Below, piece by piece: positions 38,758 through 51,510 of a stretch of 64,000 nt of DNA (position 1 is the stretch's first letter; each line of letters starts with the position of its first letter). Source of the stretch: Callorhinchus milii (Eukaryota); the NCBI RefSeq assembly GCF_018977255.1, contig NW_024704742.1:111788001-111852000 (forward strand). The letters are read 5' to 3'. The notes under the pieces are model-generated. The model made no database searches, was not told where the DNA came from, and saw only the letters and a list, made by a program, of their open reading frames with translations. The position numbers and the translations under genes are program-made.

Positions 38758-39149
38758 CACGAAGTGCACGAAGTTCTTCTTGGGAAACCACCTCAATGAT
38801 TCATATTTTCCCAAACATATTTCTGCAAATCATGACTGAAAAGCAAAAACAGCCAAATGCGATACTCTGCACATGCGCTAGGTCTTTGATAACGTTATGA
38901 AGACTGTTCCCTTCCAATGGACTGTCCAAGAGCTTTGAACTGAGCATGGAGGAATGAGCCTAGACTCCATACATAACCATATCTTGGGTGTTGAGTGGGT
39001 GGAAGTCACATGCTCTAAAAAGCACCTTCACCAGGTGGTTTCATCAGCAGGACTCCAATATGATTCACAGTGCAGCATCCTGCCACAATCACAGAAATTT
39101 TCCATCAAACATGGGGAATAAACTAGCATAAGGTACATTCACATTCTGA

Positions 39150-39600
39150 GGTTGGCGAACAATCCAGTCTGTATTGAGCTCAGTATTGTTATTGGTGCCA
39201 TCTTTTACATAAGGCGTGAATTCATGCCTGTTCTTCAGATGGATGTTAAGGGTCCCATGACTTCATTCAAAAAGAAAAGGGAGTTTCTTGCAGTGTCCTA
39301 GAAACAATCTCACTGGAACAACATGGCTGTCCCTTTACAAAGTTACTGCACTTGCCATTAATTTGCATTTGTCATTTGTGTGTCAGTTGGTAGCATTCTC
39401 ACCTCTGAGTCAGAAGGTTGTGGATTCAAGCACCCGGTCAGGACTTGGAACTCATCTTGTCTAGTATGAAAGGTGCTATACAAATGTAATGTCGTTGTTG
39501 TTTAGGATTTTCCGCATTGTCAGAGGTGCCGTCTTTCAGATGAGATGTTAAACTGAGTTCCCGTTTTCTTGGTGGATCAGATGGATGTTAAAGATTATTA
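39150..39600 (+). mobile_element. Two SINE family A fragments (~39150-39330 and ~39380-39600), the second with an L2 tail at ~39460-39502
   Basis: Head cagttggtagcattctcacctctgagtcagaaggttgtggattcaagc; core gcattgtcagaggtgccgtctttcagatgagatgttaaactgag. Confidence 0.75.
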
Positions 39601-40454
39601 TTATAATTACCTTAAAACGCAATGTGGTAAGGGGCTTTAAAATTGCAAGTTCTTTCTGAATTTACCGAGAATCAGAGGATTATACCCCTGAGATTGAAAT
39701 CTAGTCTATTTTGCAAAGGTGGAGAAGATATTGGGGAGGCTGCAATCGAAGATTGCTGTTGACTTGCACAGTTAGACTGCCGCTGACTAACGTCAGATGT
39801 AAAAACTGGAAAAAGTTCCATTTTTGGCTCTCTTAAATTCCACCTGGTGAGAAAGTGCTGTTGAAAAACAGTAGGCGGTAATTGGGAATGATTAGGCTAA
39901 GCTGAATTGTGTGTGGAGTGGCTACTGCTTGTGACTATGGGGCACGTGAACAAGGCATTGGCCCACATCCAGACTGGTATAAGCCAAACCTAGGTGGGAT
40001 CTTAAAAATATAGATGAAAGAGACTGAGGAAGGCATGAAAGCAGTTTTAGTTATTTCAATCTCCTTTGTTGTTACATTGATTTCAATCACAGATAAAATG
40101 TAGTATTCATTAGAGGTCTCGAACATATTTCAAAACATGTGATCAAGGCATAGTTTATTTTATCAACTAATACCATCTCAGGATGCATTACTTCATATTT
40201 TTAACAGTGTTGATCACATTTCTAGCCAAATATAGTAACCACATTTTTGTGCTGTATCATAGGAAGCAAATTCCTGGAAATGTAAAGGGTGTCACTAATT
40301 TACAGTACCAAAATCATTGCAGAAAAGAGTTTTACTTTACAGATTTCTACAAAGGCAGCAGTTGCAATTTACTGCTAGTTTTCAGACCTAGTTTTGAAAA
40401 GATAGTAGTGTTTTTATGCTACTTATATTTGATCTAATTCCTTCCCATTTCGTC

Positions 40455-40657
40455 GAGATATCGGATGGAGCTTCACATGATTTACTGTGAAGTGCAGTGA
40501 CTGTGTATTTTGTAGGTAAATGCAGCAGCCAATTTGCTCAAATCAATGTTCCATTAAGTCAATGATCAATTTTGTTTGGGGGATTGTTGGCCAAGACACC
40601 AGTAGAAATTCCTTTCTCTATTCAAATAGTGCCATGAGATCTTTGACATCCATCTGG
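40455..40657 (-). mobile_element. SINE family A core/tail fragment
   Basis: gcagccaatttgc...ggggattgttggccaagacacc...atagtgccatgagatctttgacatccatctg. Confidence 0.85.
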
Positions 40658-41222
40658 AAACTCCCTCCTTGTCGGCCTCCCTAACTCTTCCCTTCACAAG
40701 CTGCAGATCATCCAGAACTCAGCAATTCGTGTCCTCTCCTGCTCCAGGCTCCGTGACACCATCACACCCACCCTCCCCCAGCTCCATTGGCTCCCCGTCT
40801 CTCAGAGGATAGAATTCAAAATCCTCGTCCTCACTTTCAAGGTCCTCCACAGCCTTGCCCCCTCCTACATCTCTGACCTGCTGACCCTCTATCAACATGT
40901 CAGCTCACTCTGCTCAGCAGGCTCCAGGTCTCCTGCTTGATCCGCCCTACCATCGGCAGCCGGGCTTTCAGTCTCTCTGTCCCCATTCTTTGGAACTCAA
41001 TCCCACAATCCCTTCACCTTGCTCCCTCTCTTGCCTCCTTCAAGGTATGACCCAAGACCCTCCTTTTTGACTGTGCCTTCAGCCGCCCTCCTACCCCCTC
41101 TGCCCTCCCTTATCTCAGCGATGCCTCCCACGCTCGGGTCCTGATCCCTGACTCTTCAGCGCCTTGGGACATCCTCCCGATGTGAAAGGCGCTTTACAAA
41201 TGTAATTTTGTTGCTATTGTTG
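40658..41222 (+). mobile_element. L2 LINE 5'-truncated copy
   Basis: Encodes KLQIIQNSA..TITPTLPQLHWLPVSQRIEFKIL..AFSLSVPILWNSIP; the 3' end is cagcgccttgggacatcctcccgatgtgaaaggcgc followed by a (TTG)-like tail. Confidence 0.95.
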
Positions 41223-42234
41223 TTCTATTCACTGTCTCTCCACTCCCCTTCCATTCATAAAAAAGCTGAGATTGGAAACTCACTGTGCAGTTAATCATGA
41301 TATGGACTCTACCTCCAACAGTTCTGTAGCACAGTGTATTGGAGCTCTGTTCTATGGTATTCATTTTTTTTGGCCACAAAAAATAGTCACATCACTTGAC
41401 AGTATTTCCTGTGGAGCTCTATCAGATTATTTAACATTATAGGCGCTGCAAAATGCCTTTCACACCAAGAGGATGTCTCAAAACGCTTCACAGTGTAGTA
41501 ACTGTCTATTTTGTAGGCAAATCATGATATGGACGTCACCTCCTATAGTCCTATTGGGAATTGTACCTCCTAAAGATCTATTGGGAACTGGGAATGCTAC
41601 TCAACTAAGGGTAATGAAATATGGCAAACATCTGGGAGCAAATTCGCTTGATATCCAGATGCATTGCCGGGTCTCAGCTGCTTTTGGTTTGGTAGCTACA
41701 ATGGTGAAAATTAAGTCATGAAGTGCTCAGCCCTAATTCTCTCTTGTCAAATACATGAGGGAATTCCACGCATCATCGGGCTATCTGAGAATCAGTTCTC
41801 AATTTGTTTGTGAGCAAAATGCAGGGTAAGGTCACTATTCATTACAGTAATGATCCACCTTAAGCTGCCTCCCTGACATGAAATGCATAATATCAATGTA
41901 GGAGTTATTATTATTTTAACTGGATTAATGCCCTTATGGAACTTAAATTTTAAAATCTAACAAATAATCCTTTATTTTTATTTCTCCTGGTTTCTCGGAA
42001 GCAAGTACAATTAAAGTCCGCTTTAGATATTATAATAAGAATCCTTAGATTTGATATAATGCGTTATCAAATTGTCGAGAGATCTCAAAGATTCCACAAT
42101 GTGTGTTACCAGTTTCTTTCAGAACACAGTATTATCACCGACATAGACTTTTTCCAATTTAAACCTAAATAAGAGCCCTTGTAGGTTAGAACAATTAAAT
42201 AAGGAATGGCAGATGTAATACCCAGAGCACAGAT

Positions 42235-42490
42235 ACTTTGGATTTGATATAGCACTTTTCACATCTTCTAGGCATCTCAAAGTGCTTCACAGAATATACT
42301 GTAAAGTGAATTGACTGTATATTTGTGAGTGAATCGCGGCAGCCAATTGTGCACAGCAGTGTCCCACAAACAGTCGTGGATTGAAGTGACCAATTTAATA
42401 TTTTTTTTGAGGGATTATTATCAAGCGTGTGGATTGAGGAAACTTGCCCAAGGTTTCGCCCTGCTGGGTCTCTCACTTGCCAAGTGGTAG
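42235..42490 (-). mobile_element. SINE family B with internal deletion
   Basis: Shared tail plus gaggaaacttgcccaaggtttcgccctgctgggtctctcacttgcca, the reverse complement of the family B head/core. Confidence 0.75.
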
Positions 42491-43144
42491 GACAAATAAA
42501 ATGTCTTAGATAAATCTGATAAAATAACGTCCAAAAGCTGATCAGAAGTATAGAATTCCTGAAAACACTCAATCTGATACACAAGCCACTGTTGTGGTGA
42601 TTTGCTGCATAACTAAGATCTCAGTATCCTCACGCTTTTCTTTCACAGGCTACCAGTAGACTAAGGAATGTTAGAAAATTTATAGTTTAAAATTTTTCCA
42701 AATTATGTAAAAATTCTTCTTTATCATTTTGTGTTCGCACAGACCTAGTGGCTGGTTGTATCCGAGAGAATATTGAAGATATCCCATCCATTGAATGATC
42801 ACACATATGCAGATAAATTGATTCTAGAGCAGGGTCACTCAATAACCTCTTTGTACAACAAATCCCCAATTCCCCACTTTTAGGGCACTCATCCTTAACA
42901 TTTTTCCAACATACATATTTTGTCTCAACAGGTCTTTGTTTGGCCAACACAATAAACCTTTCTGGTTGCCAAAAATGTTTCTTGGTTGAATATTTCTTGA
43001 TTGAAGGTGTAAATCTATGCTATTTTGTTATTTCTATGATTAATATTTTGGGCAACCAAAAAGGTAGATCATAAACATTTCTCAATTGCACTCAGCTCAA
43101 TTGAAAATGTGTTCTACAGTGATGCTTACAAGATCACTGGAGAG

Positions 43145-43310
43145 GTTCAAATGTAGAAGACTCTTCGACCCATTTGATTTCATCTTCTAGAATGCCCATC
43201 CTATTTCCTTTTCATTATAACATCACATTTTTCTTGAATGAAATCAGTGTTCTGACCTCAACCATCTTTCCTGGTTAACCATTTCCAGTTGTTATTTACC
43301 CTCTGTGTAA
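43145..43310 (-). mobile_element. CR1 3' fragment
   Basis: gaagactcttcgacccatttga...tctgacctcaaccatctttcctggttaaccatttccagttgttatttaccct. Confidence 0.7.
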
Positions 43311-43437
43311 TGAAATGCCCTCTGGCACAATGTTTGGGCCTGAGGGTTCCTGTGATGGCTGATTTCAGCTGATCTCCTGCCAGATGCCAGGAAGCTACTT
43401 TGTTGGGATTCCGATTTAAAATAAATAATCCTTAACA

Positions 43438-43915
43438 ATAAATAATAATCGTTGTATTTGAGATAACAGCATTCACATCGGTAGATCGTCTCGAAGTGCT
43501 TTACAAGATATACTGTAAAGTGTAGTGACTGTATTTTGGAAGCGCCTTCAGCTGACAATTTATACATGGTAATAACCAACAAACAGCCAGTGAATATGAA
43601 GTGTATGACTAATTTTGTATGGGGGATTGTTGGCCAGGACACCAAGAGAAACTCCCTTCTCTTTTCAAGTAGTGCCATGTGGAGTATAAACACTGGTACA
43701 ACTTCATTGGGCTAAATGGCCTCTTTCTATGTTGTATATTCTTTGTAAATCTTTGTAAAATATTTAATATCCACCTGAACAGATAGCCATAACCTCATTT
43801 TTTATGTCTCAACTGAAGGATAACACCTCCAGTAATGCAAAACTTACCCAGCTTTGAATTGGAGTGTCAGCCTAGTCTACGATTTCAGAGACCTCACATG
43901 CTGCTTGAATCCAGT
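43438..43915 (-). mobile_element. SINE family A with a nested CR1-type 3' tail (+, ~43680-43758)
   Basis: The SINE reads across the insert (tagtgccatg | tttaatatccacctgaacag). The insert gggctaaatggcctctttctatgttgtatattctttgta is a CR1-type terminus. Confidence 0.75.
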
Positions 43916-44079
43916 ACTTTCATAGCTGTCAGAAATTGGATTGCAACTGTGCGGAGTTCTGCCAATGTAAGAAGTATCAGACACATGCAGAATTTAAGAT
44001 TTCTGAATCATTTTATGAATCCCACAAATTAGATGCCATTTTCAGTGTTAGTATTCACCTAGATGAACACAGCAATTCC

Positions 44080-44338
44080 TCAAAATTGTTCCACTTGCAA
44101 ATGTGTTAGAATTCATTTATAAGAACAAGTGTGTGGATATGAATAGTACACAGATGCCAAGCCACAATCTCCAGGAGAGAGTTGAGGAATATGGGTTTGA
44201 GGTGAGTGAAAAAATTGGATAGATTAAGCCCTGAAATCGTATGTGAATGACAGAGTAAATTGTCGGGCTGTGCATCCTTTTCTGGTTCCTACATTCTTAT
44301 GTTCTTATGTTCTTATATGATGATGAATCATGCAGTTC
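44080..44338 (+). mobile_element. CR1 3' fragment
   Basis: gtgtggatatgaatag...tcgggctgtgcatccttttctggttcctacattcttatgttcttatgttctt terminal repeat. Confidence 0.7.
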
Positions 44339-45509
44339 ATATCGCCAGTTCACTCCAGAATTAGAACCTGAATCATCTCCACTGGAGCAGATTATTTGCA
44401 TTCAGCCGTACTACACAGCCAAGCAGACTGAGTCTTTCTGGAGTAGGTTTATCCTATACCCAGTGAGCTCAGTCGCATCTCCGAAGTTGTCCTGAATTTA
44501 AGCGCTGCAGTAAAAGATAGACTAATTGAACAAAACAACTGAGTAAATGGCCATCAGCGTTGGAAATAAAAACACTGTGATTCTGAAGTCTTTCTTGTTT
44601 ACACAGCAGCTTGACTCTCGGCAGTAGGTCATATCCAGGGAAACTGGAGCTGTTTGAAATATCATGCAGGGCCCGCAAATGCAGGAATGTGCTTTGTGCT
44701 GCCAGCAGTGGCCCACATGTTCTGGATCAGCCGGCGTTCGTGAGGCCTTGATGAATTTCATACATTTCTGAGCGTGGTGTTTGGCTCAAGACTGGCGCTG
44801 TGCAAAGGGAACAGAACAAGCACAGTCTGCATATTTCACCCCTAGATCCTACAACCACTGTGCGGAATCTATCTTAAACATGCTGCATTTTTAAGTCCTC
44901 ACAAGAAACAAATTAAAGCCAAAAATCTCTTACATGAGATCTCAAAGTATGAGTACCTTTAAAGTGGGTTTTAAGTATTCCTACCACAGAGATGCTTTCC
45001 ATCATTTTAAAATGTTTTGCACTACAAATAGATGATTTTCCTCTTTTTTATAAAATAAAGCACTCTGGATTTTGAAATGCCTGCCAACACACATTCCATT
45101 TTTTTCTCTTCAGACATGTGTTGCTTTTTACCACACAAGTCTATAATGTGTGCTTGTTAAGCTATTAAAACTACAATATTATATAGATTTTAATATTTGA
45201 ATATTTCAATATCATGAGGTTTCATATTTCTTAAAGAAACAGAAGTTAGTTAGCACAGAAGCACTCCCAGTTAGAAACTATATCAAGCCCATTTTTACAT
45301 CAAGTGATTTTACAATGACATTGTTTGACATGGAATAGAGAAATTAGTCACCTTGTAGCTTTCAACTCTCTAAATCTCAAATCAACAATTATTCCACTTG
45401 GCAGAAATTGCATCAGTACAGTACCATGAATTTTCAGTTGATATTTTTTCTCCTTGCCAGTATATTTTCCTTCTATTCCTCCTCTGAATGTGTTTGAGTC
45501 CTTTCACCC

Positions 45510-45825
45510 CTCTACAGTGGATAGTCTTCCACAGTGGTTGACTGTTCAACGTGTGAGCCGTATCTTTGAGTATTGACAAGTTATTTGACTGTAGAGAGGC
45601 ATCAGAGCTGAACCCAATCCTCCTCTCCTCCCAGCTGGCATCCAAATATTTGTATGCCCAGCATGGGGCGCTGGACAGCGATCAGGAAAGAGAACGCTGG
45701 CTTCTTTTCCCTATTCCATAATCCAATTATAGCACCACTACTCTTGCTCCAACTGGGATCAACTAACTCTGGTCATAACAGGCATCAAACCTAGGATCTT
45801 TCTAGTATGGCTCATGTACTCATTG
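45510..45825 (-). mobile_element. LF-SINE-like relic
   Basis: Reverse complement: gagttagttgatcccag..gtgctataattgg..agccagcgttctctttcctgatcgctgtccagcgcccc..ggattgggttcagctctgatgcc..cagtcaaataac..ggctcacacg; homologous to 20670-21130. Confidence 0.75.
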
Positions 45826-48049
45826 CTGTATATATATTCTTCAGTTAATACAGTAATACAGTTCAGTTAATGCAGTATTCCGCACTCCAAGACGTTACCC
45901 CGCATGAAGGTCGCTATATAAATGCAAGTTGTTGTATTATTTTTTAAGTATTGATAATATTAACAAGACAGTGTTGTTATTTTTAATATATATTATTTCA
46001 TATCTAGTATTTTATATTTATTATGGCTATTTTGAATTATTCCTCTCGTGATTAGCATGATGTTGCATTAATATTTTTTCCATGCAACATCGCCTGTCAT
46101 CTGACTTATGGCTGGACTCACTTGTCATTTTAAAAATATCCCGTACAAGTTATCTGCCTATTTTGATGAAACAGAAATGTGTGCATCTTGCTTTAGTGGC
46201 AGCGACATAGGCCATTTGGTACACACAGGGTTAATGCACAATATGGCAATGGGTAGTTGAAAAAACAGATGACAGTCTTCAGTGAACTGTGTGGAAATAA
46301 AGTACACAACATGTGATAGAGTCATGACCCTGTGTTATTGCACATTTCTGGGCTGAACAGATATGGCTTGTCAGGTAATCTGTCATGCAGTGAAATAGTG
46401 AACAGCAGTACAGTCAGCTCAGACAGATTTGAAAATTACACACAAATGGTAGGGTGGAAAGGTATAATTGAAGATGGCAAAAGACTAAATGGAAGACAGC
46501 TGAAATTGCTATAGTGCCTTATTAAATGCACTGGACTCGGAGACACGACCTCAGTGTGTTAAATGGTTGCAGTCAGTGACTTTACACGAGAAGAAGCCAA
46601 TTAGAGAATCTTTGGGAGCTGCATGCAAGCTATTAGATCATATGTGCAGCTGCAAACAAGTTTTGACATCAGTCAAGAGGAAAATTTTGAATCAGCAATC
46701 GACACATAACTTGACAATGGCATGAGCAGAGTATCTGGCAATTTCAAGGTGAAGTGCAACTATCATTTGTTTGATTTTCTTATTTTGACTTTGATTTCTC
46801 CCCATCCCCCCCACTCCTCTAAATAAGATGATTGTTACTGTTCTCACATCTGACATGTGCATTGCCATTTAGAAATGTTTCATGTACTTAAAATAAACAT
46901 GTAAATCTATTTTTCTCTCTGCTGCTGCAGAACGACCATATGATTTCTGTAGTAAACTGCAATGTCACTTGTAGAAATCAATGCTTAGTTATCACTTTAA
47001 AAGTGAGAGCTGTTCTTTGGCTTCGTATCATTAAAAATGTAATCGAGCTGAAAAGAAGATGTCCCAGTAGGGTTTCATTACCGGACATTCCCACAGCAAG
47101 TGGATGTAAAAGCGAACAGACTCACTTCCAGCAAGTGTTAGCTGAAGCAAAAGCCATTCCTTGAAGCCTAAGTGGTATCAAGGAGGTCCTATCAATGACC
47201 TTGAAGTTGCTCAAGCAAAGACAGTTGCTGGTGGTAGACCAAAAGATATGTTCAGCTATTGATTATCTATCTTTGAGACCCAAGGCTCCAAGCTCTACAC
47301 AGTCTACACAGACTGGTAGCAGTTACACAGTAAAAAGAATAAAAAGCTAAGGGGCAAAATGTTGTTGGTTATCTATCACTTTAAAATCGTGCAAGCTTTA
47401 ACTGATTAAGGTAAATAAGATTAAGATCCAAGAAAATTCTTTCCCTCCCATCCCCCCACTCCCTCCCTCAGTTGACAATCTGGACTTAAAAGGAGTAGGA
47501 TACAACAACAACAAAATTGCAGTTGTGTAGGGCCTTTCATATTGGGAGGACTACAACAACAGTATATCTGGAGAAATTGCAGAATTTGTTATTGTTCAGT
47601 AAGTCTGTGGCAGCTCACTTTGCTTTGAATCTTTGTCCCCTATGTGTAGATACCAATTAAAGTTCAAACAATTGCTTCTTTCTGAGTTGTGATATTTAAT
47701 AACTGCGGAAGTCAATATCATGATCCCCAGTAGATTCAGGTTTCTAATAACGTAGAGGTGCAAAATGTGACACGATCTGATAAGTCACTTCATTGACAAT
47801 TCCTCCCTCTTGATATCCCAGTCAGTGCTTGGTCAAGCTGTTATCCAACACTACCAATGAAATCAATCTGACAACAAATTCAATGGTAGAACAGGATGGT
47901 TTGGGTCCAACCTTTGTGATAAACATGGGGGAATGGGGCGGGGAGAGTACTCGTACTGTACATCAATTGATTCATCAATGCTGTAGAATTTTCTGTGACC
48001 TCCCAGCAACCATACCAGCCTGACAGCTCACCCTCCTCAAGAAACATTG

Positions 48050-48440
48050 GTCGGCTTTCATGTATCCCACCTGACCTACCCTACTGTCAGTGGACAAGCT
48101 TTCAGCCTTTCTTCCCCGCTTTCTGGAACTCCATCTGGACTTCTTTCATTTCGCACCCGCACCCCCCACCCCACCCACACACACACCTTTAAATCCCGCT
48201 TTCAAATGTCATCTCCCCCCTCCTTCCAGCTCAGCGTTGTGCTCCGCCACTGTCAAACATTCTGAGAGCTACCCTGTATGAAGGGCACTACACAAATGCA
48301 AGTTGTTGTTTCTTATCGACTGTGCTTTTGGTCATCTTTTGTCCTCCCCTACCTTCCTCAGTTCCTCCTATCCCAGCTTGGGCTCCCAATCGTCTCTGTG
48401 AAGCATATCCCCCTGACCTGAAAATAAAATTGTTGTTGAA
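48050..48440 (+). mobile_element. Two tandem L2 3' fragments
   Basis: gctttcagcc...tctggaactcc...gaagggcactacacaaatgcaagttgttg, then a second tcgactgtgcttttgg...ttgttgttg. Confidence 0.75.
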
Positions 48441-48712
48441 TTATTTAAATTTGCAAGATCTTGTCTAATTCGTTTTGAAACCCTTTCTTGTTCCTTGTTC
48501 CATCGCCTGTGCTGGTACTTAAAGTAATTTGCCATAGAACTCCTTTTACAATGTAAGCACTTAAATATGACACAATATGAATCAGTATAGAGACTAAAGA
48601 TGTGTCAAAATTTCTAACAACGGGTTCCATCCACCTACTTTGATTTGCTTCCGTGCGGTAAAATATTCGTATATCTTTCGTCATGAATTGTGTTTTGTGT
48701 AATGATTAAACA

Positions 48713-49540
48713 AACAAAACGCTCACCATCCACAACCTCATCCTGGATGAACATATTGACATCCTAGGGCTCACAGAAACCTGGCTGTCCTGATGATCCC
48801 ATCCTCTTTATCGAAGCCTAACCACCTTGGCTACATTTTCCACCCCACTCACCCACCACCCCGATTGTCGTGTCAGTGGGGTGGCCCTTATCTCCCAAAC
48901 CTCCCTTGATCTATCCCTCTGCTCCTCTGACTGTTTAGCTGTTTGACGTTGACAAGACGGAAGCCACACTCTTTGGCACCCGTCAATGGTTCAGCTTTCC
49001 TCAGCCTACCCAATCTCTCCCTAAGATTCACTGAACCCGTGCGCAAGTTAGGAGTCAGATTTGACCCACAGTTATTCTTCAGACCACATATCCGGTCCAT
49101 GGCCAGGACCTTCATTTCCTCAGCCCTTGTCAAACTTCATTGGCTCCCTGACACAGAGCAGTTTGAGTTCAAGATCCTCACTCTTGTATTTAGATCCCTT
49201 CATGCCCTGGCAATCCCCATCTCTCCAACCTGCTCTCTCCCTATACCACTACCCGCTGCCTCCGCTGGCCTGGCTCCAGTTTCCTCCGTGTGCCCTGGAC
49301 CATCCGACCCAACAATGGCGGTCGGTTGTGCTTTCAGTCACTACCCCCCGAAGCTGTGGAACTCTCTCCCTCAATCCCTTTGCCTTCCCCCTTTCTCTCT
49401 ATTTTCAGCACACGCTTGAAGACCTTCCTCTTTGACTGTGCCTACGCTCACCTTCCCCTCCCCCAGCTCGGCATCGAGTTCTGCCACTGTTAAGTGCTCC
49501 ATTGGCGTGAAGGGTGCTATATAAATGCAAGTTGCTTTTG
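48713..49540 (+). mobile_element. L2 LINE with large internal deletions: APE endonuclease N-terminus joined to the ORF2 C-terminus and 3' UTR
   Basis: 48713 onward translates to NKTLTIHNLILDEHIDILGLTETWL..GYIFH..SGVALI (APE domain). ORF 48943-49419 contains VRKLGVRFDPQLFFRPHI..LHWLP..FKIL..LWNSLP. Confidence 0.9.
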
Positions 49541-50234
49541 CTATTATTTTTGGTGCCTTTGGTAATTCACAATGTAAAAATTATTTGACATTAAAATAAA
49601 TTCATAAGATATTTTATTTTAATATATTTTATTCATTTAAATAATGATCTGAGTTTACACTTTGCTTATTCACATTCTTTAAAGACAGGGTGGATTGTAT
49701 ATATTTTTAAATATTCTCAACTGCAGCACTCTTCCTGTATAAATACCATTTCAGCTGCTGAACAGTGAAGAGGAAATATTAGAGTTATACAGAACCTGAG
49801 AATCCTCTCACAACACATGTACTTCACACAAGCACTATCACTCTGATCAATCTGCTTTCTGAGCAATTGAAGGCTTTTTTTCAATTTTCTCCTGAAACAT
49901 TTCACATATCTGGCACTAATCATGACTTGTCTGTCGTTAGACCAATTCTACAGTCAGCAGTGTTCTCAAACACTCTGGGACTCTATCCTTTGTGAGGAGT
50001 GTAATATAAATGGAAGTTGTTGTTTCCAACATAAAACTACTTTCAAAAGAACCCTTGGACCACATGACTACAGCATATCCAGTTTAGAAGCCAAAATGGA
50101 TGCAAAACTTTATAGGGGAACACTGTAAATGAAAATATCTTAAAACAAACAATATCCACCACAACAAAATTCAGGAAGATATCATCATGAGACTTATAAT
50201 TTTTACTTATTATTAATTATTCCCACACAAAGGT

Positions 50235-50600
50235 GTCAGCTTGGTTCAGTTGGTAGCACTCTCATGTTTGGGTCAGAAGGTTGTAGGTTCAAGCCTGTGA
50301 AATCAGGACATTGCACTCAATGTCTGGGCTGAGCCTTCAAAGCAGTGCTGGGGGAATGCTGCATTGTCAGAGGTTCATCTTTCAGATGCGATGTTAAACT
50401 GAGGTCTGGTCTGCTCGGCACTATTCAAAAGAAAACAGTTTCTCCCATCAGGCCAGCAAACTCCTTGGATTATAAAAAATGGTCATTCCCTGTATTGGAC
50501 ATTGCTGTTTGCAAATTGTTTGTCTGCAAATGAACATTCATTCCACTTTACAGAAAACTCTCATTGAAGTGCTCTGAGATGTTTTGAAGTGATAAGACAC
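50235..50600 (+). mobile_element. SINE family A, decayed
   Basis: ttggttcagttggtagcactctc...gctgcattgtcagaggttcatctttcagatgcgatgttaaactgagg. Confidence 0.85.
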
Positions 50601-51104
50601 TTATATGTCCTTATGTTATGTTCTTATGTGAAACACAAGGAATATAAAGTTACCTTTAAAAGAATTAAGTAAAGTGAGTCAGCGCAACACTGGGCAAACT
50701 AATAGATTTGTACTTGTGAGTTATTTTATAACATAATGATTCATGTATCATTTGCTTGGTTGATTATTGCTTGACATCTTTCTGCAACATAAATAAATTT
50801 CTGTGACGGTAAGGAGATGGTAACAAGAGAGCCCTAGCAAAAAAAAAACTCACTAGCTGTTGAAGTATTGCTGGCATTGTTTCACTCACATTATGTCAAA
50901 TCAATAAGACACCTTTTCAATGTTGATGTATTTAGGGGACAATTGTAATGTTTGTAACACACAGTGAAGGTAATTTTAGTAGATCCTCTATTGGCAGAGA
51001 ACCTTAAAAAATGCATTTTATGTTGGAGGTTGCGATACATCTGAGAAAAGTGTAAAGAGCTAATATAGTATATTAACTTTGGCACTTCCTTTCATATAAA
51101 GTGT

Positions 51105-51510
51105 GGTGGCCTGCCTCAGTTGGTAGCACTCTCTTCTCTGAGTCAGAAAGTTGTGGGTTCATGCTCACAAGACTTTGAGCTCAGATACTCCAAGGTGAGA
51201 CTTCAATTCAGTGCTGGGAGTGTGCTGCATTGTTGGAGGTGCCTTCCTTCCATCTGCTTATTCAGTAGGAATTAAAAATCCCCAGGCATTATTTGAAAAA
51301 AAAAGGGAATTTCTCCTGGTGTCCTGGCCAACAATCTCTCAAATAAAATTGATCATTCACTTCATAGCTGTTTGTCGGACATTGCAGTGTGAAAATTGAG
51401 CACCGCATTCATCTGCAAATACACAGTCATTCCAGTTCACAGTATAGGCTGTGAAGTGCTTTGAGATGTCCTCTTGACATGAAAGGCTTGTTCCAAGTGT
51501 AAGGATTATT
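51105..51510 (+). mobile_element. SINE family A, near full length
   Basis: gcctcagttggtagcactctcttctctgagtcagaaagttgtgggttc head, Deu core, tail ending gtaaggattatt. Confidence 0.9.
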
